The translations under genes and the position numbers were made by a program. The notes beneath the pieces were generated by a model. It did no database searches and was not told where the DNA came from. It saw nothing but the letters and a program-made list of their open reading frames with translations. Below are positions 37,492-43,663 of a DNA stretch of 43,663 nucleotides, one piece after another. The DNA lies in contig CAZXZO010000016.1 in NCBI GenBank assembly GCA_964645485.1, forward strand, positions 1-43,663, in the 5' to 3' direction. Source of the stretch: an uncultured Candidatus Poseidoniales archaeon. Lineage in GTDB: Archaea > Thermoplasmatota > Poseidoniia > Poseidoniales > Thalassarchaeaceae. Position 1 is the first letter of the stretch; every line of letters begins with the position of its first letter.

Positions 37492-38021
37492 GCGTTCACC
37501 TCCGATTCCCATGGTGAAAGTCCCATCTCAACATGTTGGGTTGGTTCGTTACTCCAATGAATTAAAGGTCCGCTTTCTGCAAGGGGTTCGGTAGCAGGTT
37601 GTTCATCCCATACTGATACTTTCATTTGATTACGACCAAGAACGATGGCCTTGCGGATAATTCTAGCCGCACTTGCGACCGCTAATGTTTGTCGATCCGT
37701 AAAACTCCAATACGAATCTCCACTTGGATGAGTATGAGTCCATATTTGAAATGGAATAATCGCGCCTTTTGGTGGGTTCAACCCGACTCGTGAAATTGTC
37801 CCCCAATCAATGTAGCAATTCCCTACAGCATCAATCAACATGCTGACTTCCATACCAACTGTTTCACTGATGGAATAGAACCGTGGCCACATATTATTGA
37901 TACCCAAATACGCCATCGTTTCTCTTACCTCATCGCACCACACATCGCCCCTGTCAAGGGCTGCTTTCAGGTCGTCTAGTGAATGCAATACAGGTGTTAC
38001 GGGTGGCTTTGCTTCCATCAT
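37488..38021 (-). CDS. JAB/JAMM (MPN+) metalloprotease
   Basis: Exact JAMM motif: E (MEVSMLID) ... H-T-H-P-S-G-D-S-Y-W-S-F-T-D (HxH-x7-S-x2-D). Confidence 0.85.
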   Translation of the reverse strand: MMEAKPPVTPVLHSLDDLKAALDRGDVWCDEVRETMAYLGINNMWPRFYSISETVGMEVSMLIDAVGNCYIDWGTISRVGLNPPKGAIIPFQIWTHTHPSGDSYWSFTDRQTLAVASAARIIRKAIVLGRNQMKVSVWDEQPATEPLAESGPLIHWSNEPTQHVEMGLSPWESEVNA

Positions 38022-38692
38022 TCGTCACCTCCAGCAATCAGTTCAGGAACTTCTGGGAATTCCAACTCCCCAAATGTTAGGGAATACATGCGAGCGGGTG
38101 TCGGCCGGAAAGGCATGCCACTAAGTTCGCGAAGATTCTGAACCAGCCATTGAGCACCATGGGCAGCAGCAAGTGCATAGCCCATCTGTACATTTCCTGC
38201 CTTGATTGAACCTGGTATCTGACAAGAAGCAGGGGCTTGGTCAAGGGGCGTCATCATCTCAACTAGGTTCGAATCACTCTGGTAATCAAGAGCAATCATG
38301 CCATCTCCACCACATCTCAAATCTAACCAACGCTCCGATTTGTTGTGAACAAGTGCTCTTGCTGCTGGTCTGTCAACAGCAACCACAACCACGTCATAAC
38401 CATCAAGTTGTGACACCTTCTGTAATTTCTCACCAATCGGTTTCAGCGTCAGTGCAGAGGATAGGAATGGCGCTAATCTCTCTGCAGAAGAATTAACTTT
38501 GAGACGGCCAATCATTCTAGGCTCGTGTCTCTGGTGTGCAAGATTGCCAACCTCGACTCTGTCATCATCCATTAGGTGGATTTGAATCCCACCCATTCTT
38601 CTCGCTATGTCTCCCGCAGTCAGTGCGGGAATAAGCAAATCAAGCAGTTGGCTCCCGATGCCACCTGCGCCTACAACTAATACTCTAATCAT
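38018..38692 (-). CDS. ThiF/MoeB/E1-family adenylyltransferase lacking CxxC zinc motifs
   Basis: VLVVGAGGIGS, MDDDRVEVGNLAHQ, GRLKV, VVAVDRPAAR; candidate catalytic Cys in PASCQ; ATG 38692 preceded by GAGGAG. Confidence 0.9.
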   Translation of the reverse strand: MIRVLVVGAGGIGSQLLDLLIPALTAGDIARRMGGIQIHLMDDDRVEVGNLAHQRHEPRMIGRLKVNSSAERLAPFLSSALTLKPIGEKLQKVSQLDGYDVVVVAVDRPAARALVHNKSERWLDLRCGGDGMIALDYQSDSNLVEMMTPLDQAPASCQIPGSIKAGNVQMGYALAAAHGAQWLVQNLRELSGMPFRPTPARMYSLTFGELEFPEVPELIAGGDE

Positions 38693-38779
38693 GAAATCAT
38701 CTCTCCTCAATACTATTCAATATCTTGACAATATATTAACGATGTAAACAAAATCATGATTTCATAGGGAATCAGCGTA

Positions 38780-39955
38780 ATGTATGAAAGCGAAATTGAT
38801 TCTCGGGGATATATGCCTGATTCGGCACTTCAGACGTTTGAAGAAATCGGCCGAATCCCAGCCAGAGTCCTTGGTTACTTGTTATCCGACAATGATGGTG
38901 AATTAGTTGATAACGACACTCCATTCAATGAAAGACTACGATTGATTAAACGGGAAGAGAAGTTAATTTGCATCCGCGCCGCAATATATGGAGTTCTGTG
39001 TGGAATAGGTATTGTATGGATAACATATCTAGCTAGATCTTTGGAGCCAAGTAACCTAACTACAGACTTAAAAGCCACCACCATATACTTCGCAATTATC
39101 ATCGGTTCAGGAATTATCCTGACGACAATTGAATTATTTTTCATCTATGTTGATACGATTCAATCCGCTAGAAAAATCGCACTTATTTCCGGCCTTCGCC
39201 CAGCAATAGTAGATGATGATGATGTTACTGATGAACTGATTGTTTCCTTAATGTATGCTGGCCTGAAAGCACCAAACTCACATTCCCCTCTTTACGGAAT
39301 TAACCCTCGGGAACATATCAATAAATTATTCCTAATTTTTAGCATGGTAGCACATAAATCAAAGGTTGCAATATCTAGAATTATTCTAAAATCACTTTAC
39401 CGACGCCTTCTCGTGAGATTGGGTGGGAGAACTGCATCCCGTACCGTAATTGAAACAGCATCTATTCCAGTATTCGCTTTATGGAATTTTATTGCAGTCA
39501 GAAGAGTGATGAAAGAAATTAGAATTCGTACAACATTTCCACTTTTAGTGGATGATTTAGAAAATAATTTGCTTCCAAACGGTTTCAATAATTTGTCAGA
39601 AATACAACAAAAAGCCACCCTTCTAGCAATCAAATCTCAAGTAACAGGGGTGGCTGATTTTCACCCTAACATCAAGTTATTTGTTGAAAGAATGTTGGCT
39701 GGTAGTTATCATGGAAATGAAGACGTTTTTGAAAACATAAAGGGTGATTTCGAAGAAATCATTGCAACCATGAGTCAAGAAGAGCGTCGAATTCCTCTTC
39801 GAATTTTTGGTGCTGTCTGTGGCATGGATGGAAGATTGAAGAGACGTGTGCGGGCAGAATCAAGACGCTTATCCACTATTTGCCCTGAGCATGATGAACA
39901 CTCACTAAAGAAATGGAGAGACCACTTCATGCATGGAACACCAATCCCTGCATGA
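38780..39955 (+). CDS. Hypothetical membrane protein (recalls the Leptospira LBF_2804-like family; unverified)
   Basis: 391-aa ORF with RAAIYG TM region and TTIELFFIYVDTIQSA; family recalled from memory. Confidence 0.6.
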   Translation: MYESEIDSRGYMPDSALQTFEEIGRIPARVLGYLLSDNDGELVDNDTPFNERLRLIKREEKLICIRAAIYGVLCGIGIVWITYLARSLEPSNLTTDLKATTIYFAIIIGSGIILTTIELFFIYVDTIQSARKIALISGLRPAIVDDDDVTDELIVSLMYAGLKAPNSHSPLYGINPREHINKLFLIFSMVAHKSKVAISRIILKSLYRRLLVRLGGRTASRTVIETASIPVFALWNFIAVRRVMKEIRIRTTFPLLVDDLENNLLPNGFNNLSEIQQKATLLAIKSQVTGVADFHPNIKLFVERMLAGSYHGNEDVFENIKGDFEEIIATMSQEERRIPLRIFGAVCGMDGRLKRRVRAESRRLSTICPEHDEHSLKKWRDHFMHGTPIPA

Positions 39956-40048
39956 GCCTCTCCTACCAACGTAATCAACAAAATACTGACAAAAAGAAAA
40001 ACACCGGGTTATAAAAAGAAACTACAGTAGCCCCAACCACTGAGGTGT

Positions 40049-40525
40049 ATGCCGATGACGTCACTTTTTTCTACAGTAAACAGCTTCCTTGAAGAAGATG
40101 GTTGGAATTTTGAGTCATTCAAAAATGACGGTGTGTTACGCGCCATATTCTCTAGTGATAAACAGGAGTGGGAGTTACTTACCCTAGTGCGCGAGGAGTT
40201 AGAACAGATCATTTTCTATTCTCATGTAACGGAATCCTCAACCCCAAAACATCGCCGTAACGAAATGTGCCTCCTACTGAATAATCTAAACAATCGTACC
40301 GTTTATGGCGCTTTTGAAATGGATATTGATGAGGGCGAAGTGATGTTTAGAACCGCTCTTGACCTTGTTGAAGTCTCGCCTTCGTATGAATTAATTCGTA
40401 ATTCACTATACACAAATCTTGGAACTATGGAACGCTATCATGGTGCTTTAGTTGCCTTGATGATGGACGATAATGTGACTGCCGACGTCGCCGCAGCGAT
40501 TGCTGCTGGCGACGAATCTGAATGA
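40049..40525 (+). CDS. YbjN-domain protein (T3SS-chaperone-like fold)
   Basis: VNSFLEEDGWNF...REELEQIIFYS...LLNNLN...YGAFEMDIDEGEVMFRTAL. Confidence 0.8.
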   Translation: MPMTSLFSTVNSFLEEDGWNFESFKNDGVLRAIFSSDKQEWELLTLVREELEQIIFYSHVTESSTPKHRRNEMCLLLNNLNNRTVYGAFEMDIDEGEVMFRTALDLVEVSPSYELIRNSLYTNLGTMERYHGALVALMMDDNVTADVAAAIAAGDESE

Positions 40526-41196
40526 TTCTTTTAAGGGTCAAAATGATGTGTGATGGTCATTCTCACCAATCCATGGCCGCGCCAAAGGTTCACTCAAGTG
40601 GCCCTGGCGCAAATCTTTCTGCTGCATATTTTGATGCTCGTTATCAAATTCTAAGACAACCTTTGGGGTTTCCACCAAGTGCCGCAAATCTTCCCGATGA
40701 TGATGTGGCTATTCACGCTTGGATTGAAATTAATGAAACAGAACAGGGTGTGGGAGTAGTTGCAGTGGGTAGAATCCATTTAATTCCAGCAGATTCAACT
40801 GGTGCGTGTGCTGACACAGATGATGAAAACGCAGCCCATTGCCCAGATTTCCCACCGCTTGGAGAGCATGGATTTAGTGATGTATGTGGCAACGAATTCC
40901 CAAGCCCCCAATCACTGCGTCCAGCAGTGCAAATTAGACAGATGGGGACGTTGGAAAATCATCAGCGAAAAGGGTACGCTGGAATGGTCTTAGCCAACCT
41001 TGAAAGTGAAGCAGTTTCTCATTGGGGAAAATGTACAGGATTCCTTCAAGCAAGAGCACATGCAATTCCATTTTATGAATCGCAAAACTGGACATGTTTT
41101 GGTGATGAATACATGGTTGAGGGAATAGGGTTGCACCGTTCAATGTGGAAACCTCTGAATGAACCACGAAACCCCGATACTCTAGTGGGAATATAG
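40522..41196 (+). CDS. GNAT family N-acetyltransferase with internal insertion
   Basis: RYQILRQPLG, VAVGRI, motif A IRQMGTLENHQRKGYAGMVL, ARAHAIPFYESQNW. Confidence 0.85.
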   Translation: MILLRVKMMCDGHSHQSMAAPKVHSSGPGANLSAAYFDARYQILRQPLGFPPSAANLPDDDVAIHAWIEINETEQGVGVVAVGRIHLIPADSTGACADTDDENAAHCPDFPPLGEHGFSDVCGNEFPSPQSLRPAVQIRQMGTLENHQRKGYAGMVLANLESEAVSHWGKCTGFLQARAHAIPFYESQNWTCFGDEYMVEGIGLHRSMWKPLNEPRNPDTLVGI

Positions 41197-41215
41197 GATA
41201 GTAGGTGAGGGTGGC

Positions 41216-41959
41216 ATGGAGCAAGAAGGCACCGGTGAATGGTTGCAAAGGATGTTGGGGGAAGAAGCCGATTTACGACTACCCAAATCTAGTGCAGAAA
41301 AAGAGGAAGAATACCTGACAAAGTGTCCACACGTCACCTTATTTGGTGAGCAAAGACCTGCCGCTCATTGTGAATTACGGCGCTGTGGGGGGGCGCTGGA
41401 ATTGTGTACTGCAATCGTTGACCCAGAGAAGCGTGGAATTGGACTTTCTCACGAGTTAGTGAGGCTCTCATTAGAACGAGCAGCACAAGACCCAATCGTG
41501 TCAGGACAAGCACTTGGTGACCATTCTCCTCCGTTGATTTTTTCTTTTACGCGCTCCGCGGCATTTGCAACGAGTTTGACAAAAGGTGGATTTAGAATAC
41601 AGCCAGCCCGTCGGAGGTTTTCTCGACTGTTTTTGTGGCGTAGTGCGTCTTCTAACCTACCATTATTCGTACAACTTGGGTTGGCGAAGGAAAGATTAGG
41701 GAGGGCGTTCAAAATGTTGTTCAAAGACCGTAAAAAGGCAAAGCAACAGGTCGGTAAGGTGGGGGAATACCATCTTTTCACAAGAATTGCTGGCACTTTA
41801 CCAGACCGGGAAGAACCTATGACAACAGATGGAATTGTTGCTTTGGGAATGAATGTGGTTCGGGTAACTGATGAAGACTTGGTTGATGAAACTGAATTAA
41901 AGCAACAAAGGTCGCAAATTTCGGAGCAAAAAGTTCACGCGTGGGATGAGGGCGAGTGA
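41216..41959 (+). CDS. GNAT-like protein (ArgA-type motif A)
   Basis: ELCTAIVDPEKRGIGLSHELV; later SLTKGGF. Confidence 0.7.
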   Translation: MEQEGTGEWLQRMLGEEADLRLPKSSAEKEEEYLTKCPHVTLFGEQRPAAHCELRRCGGALELCTAIVDPEKRGIGLSHELVRLSLERAAQDPIVSGQALGDHSPPLIFSFTRSAAFATSLTKGGFRIQPARRRFSRLFLWRSASSNLPLFVQLGLAKERLGRAFKMLFKDRKKAKQQVGKVGEYHLFTRIAGTLPDREEPMTTDGIVALGMNVVRVTDEDLVDETELKQQRSQISEQKVHAWDEGE

Positions 41960-41988
41960 ACATCAATCATGATTACAACAAACAAGTT

Positions 41989-42065
41989 TGGAGCGCCGGA
42001 GGGGATTTGAACCCCTGTAAAATGGATTTGCAGTCCATCGCGTAACCAGGCTTTGCTACCGACGC
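41989..42065 (-). tRNA. tRNA-Cys(GCA), CCA encoded
   Basis: GCGTCGGTAGCAAAGCCTGGTTACGCGATGGACTGCAAATCCATTTTACAGGGGTTCAAATCCCCTCCGGCGCTCCA: anticodon loop CT-GCA-AA, U73 discriminator. Confidence 0.95.
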
Positions 42066-42218
42066 TTGGTATTGTCGCCGAAAAAGGGATACTATTTCAA
42101 CACGAGCAAAGAATTGTTTTGCTAGATACATCGATTAATTGTGGCGGCAAGTTCTTTCAAGACTGCTTGCTCGCTAAAGCACCCTTGACACACTAATCGG
42201 GTTGTGGGAGATGATTGA

Positions 42219-43364
42219 ATGGTTGACATCGCTGAGCATTTTGTTGATTTGCCTGCTGGAATCAAACCATTTCTAGCCGCCCCACCTCCTGATGTAGTCC
42301 GTTGGACTGTGGGCGAACCCGGGTTTGATACACCTCAACCAATCGTTGAGGCGGCTATTAAATCCCTCAATGAGGGAAATACAAAATACACCCGTTCAGA
42401 AGGTTCTCTAGAACTATGTGAACGCTCAGCCGACCGCCTCCGTGAGCGCTATGGCATACCTGCAACAACAGAAAGTGTGATCATTACTCCCGGAGCAAAG
42501 CAAGCCCTACTCTACACTTTCATGGTTTGTTGTGAGCCGGGTGATGAAGTCATTCTCCTTGCACCTGCATGGCCATCATATGATATCCAATGCAGAATGT
42601 TACAACTAAAGCCCATACATGTTCCAGTCAACAAAGAAAATTTCCACCCCGACGTTGATGCAATTGAAGCGGCTATTACTGACAAAACCAAGATGCTCGT
42701 GGTAAACTCACCTAACAATCCTACAGGGGCTGTCTATACCCCTGAGGAAATCACCCAACTTTTGGAAATCGCCAAGAAACATGACCTCTGGTTAATCTCT
42801 GATGAAATATACGCCCGTCTCAACTGGACTGAATGGCCCCATCTCTCACCTGCTAGTCTTGCGGGAGGGGAGGAGCGAACAATCGTAATCACTGGTTGGT
42901 CGAAGTCTTTTGCCATGACTGGTTGGAGAATAGGGGTTGTCTCTGGACCCGAAAAAGTCATGCAAGCAATGGGGAAATTGCAAGCAAATGCCTGTTCTCA
43001 TATACCTTCATTTTTAATGGATGCTGCATTAGCCGCACTGGCATCTGAAATTGATGGTGCTGTTGAAGAATTCAAACAGAATTACTTGATACGTAGGCAA
43101 ATATTGATGGATGGAATTGCCGCAATTGAAGGACTTTCAATGCCCGAGCCTGAAGGCGCATTCTACGGATTTGTTGATATCACAAAAACTGGAATGAATT
43201 CCACCACCTTTGCAACAAGAGCATTGAATGAAGCAAAGGTGCAATTAATTCCAGGTGGATTACTTGAGGGTGGAGAAGGATTCGTCAGGATTTCATATGC
43301 TTGTGATGAAGACGCATTACGAGAAGGTCTCAACAGGATTTCAAACTGGGTTTCAACTCTTTGA
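42219..43364 (+). CDS. PLP-dependent aminotransferase class I/II (aspartate aminotransferase-like)
   Basis: VGEPGF, TPGAKQAL, NSPNNPTGAVY, SDEIY, GWSKSFAMTGWRIG, PEGAFY, VRISYA. Confidence 0.95.
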   Translation: MVDIAEHFVDLPAGIKPFLAAPPPDVVRWTVGEPGFDTPQPIVEAAIKSLNEGNTKYTRSEGSLELCERSADRLRERYGIPATTESVIITPGAKQALLYTFMVCCEPGDEVILLAPAWPSYDIQCRMLQLKPIHVPVNKENFHPDVDAIEAAITDKTKMLVVNSPNNPTGAVYTPEEITQLLEIAKKHDLWLISDEIYARLNWTEWPHLSPASLAGGEERTIVITGWSKSFAMTGWRIGVVSGPEKVMQAMGKLQANACSHIPSFLMDAALAALASEIDGAVEEFKQNYLIRRQILMDGIAAIEGLSMPEPEGAFYGFVDITKTGMNSTTFATRALNEAKVQLIPGGLLEGGEGFVRISYACDEDALREGLNRISNWVSTL

Positions 43365-43414
43365 CAGGAAAAATTGTTGTGACAAGTCAATTAGTTAGAA
43401 AAGGAGTGGTCGGT

Positions 43415-43663
43415 GTGACAAAACCAATTCTCTACTCTTTCAGACGATGCCCTTATGCAATTCGTGCCCGGATGGCAATAATTCGCTCAAATACAGATGT
43501 CGAACATCGAGAAGTTTTGTTGCGAGACAGGCCAAACCATATGATGGATATTTCTCCAAAGGGCACGGTACCCGTCATGCAATTGGCTGATGGAACAGTG
43601 ATTGAAGAAAGTCTAGAAATCATGCAATATGTTCTCAATTGGCAATTAAATCAAGATGAAGAG
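43415..43663 (+). CDS. Glutathione S-transferase N-terminal-domain protein, 3' end runs off the window; absent from the ORF track
   Basis: GTG 43415: MTKPILYSFRRCPYAIRARMA...EVLLRDRP...SPKGTVPVMQLADGTVIEESLEIMQY. Confidence 0.9.
   Translation, partial: MTKPILYSFRRCPYAIRARMAIIRSNTDVEHREVLLRDRPNHMMDISPKGTVPVMQLADGTVIEESLEIMQYVLNWQLNQDEE

Noticed and set aside
38018-38040. Gly-Gly near the C-terminus of the ThiF protein (IAGGDE), suggesting a fused ubiquitin-like tail
   Set aside because: The GGA GGT GA codons are the Shine-Dalgarno of the next gene; Rpl13 ends the same way (VAGGDF) for the same reason.
1-43663. CRISPR array, transposase or provirus
   Set aside because: No regularly spaced repeats, terminal inverted repeats with a transposase, integrase or capsid genes were seen by eye.

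Overview
Archaeal chromosomal segment, most consistent with a marine Thermoplasmatota genome (Marine Group II/Poseidoniales, or a close relative such as MGIII). Basis: archaeal rpl18e-rpl13-rps9-rpoN-tRNA(Pro) cluster, GGTGA/GGAGGTGA Shine-Dalgarno sites, acidic proteins, PKD/TSP3-repeat surface proteins, and many bacterial-type enzymes (NAD-dependent LigA, RlmH, Icd, class II NrdJ, PduO, GST). Mostly housekeeping and metabolic DNA; I saw no integrase, transposase or CRISPR array. Standouts: (1) a translationally coupled three-gene operon ThiF/E1-like enzyme -> JAB/JAMM metalloprotease -> 80-aa acidic protein (38692-37249) with no ubiquitin-like or E2 gene, a candidate minimal protein-conjugation or peptide-modification system; (2) a 162-bp hairpin-rich insert bracketed by tRNA-Pro(GGG) and a 19-bp duplicate of its 3' end (att-like scar or micro-island); (3) a seven-gene fatty-acid operon containing an acyl-CoA-binding protein (ACBP), a membrane-anchored hydrolase, a hotdog-fold protein and an NMO/FabK-like flavoprotein; (4) a ~1140-aa helical-repeat protein with a C-terminal PIN domain, preceded by a 19-bp palindrome; (5) a 1569-aa beta-helix surface protein. 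All family assignments come from motifs read by eye, not from database searches.
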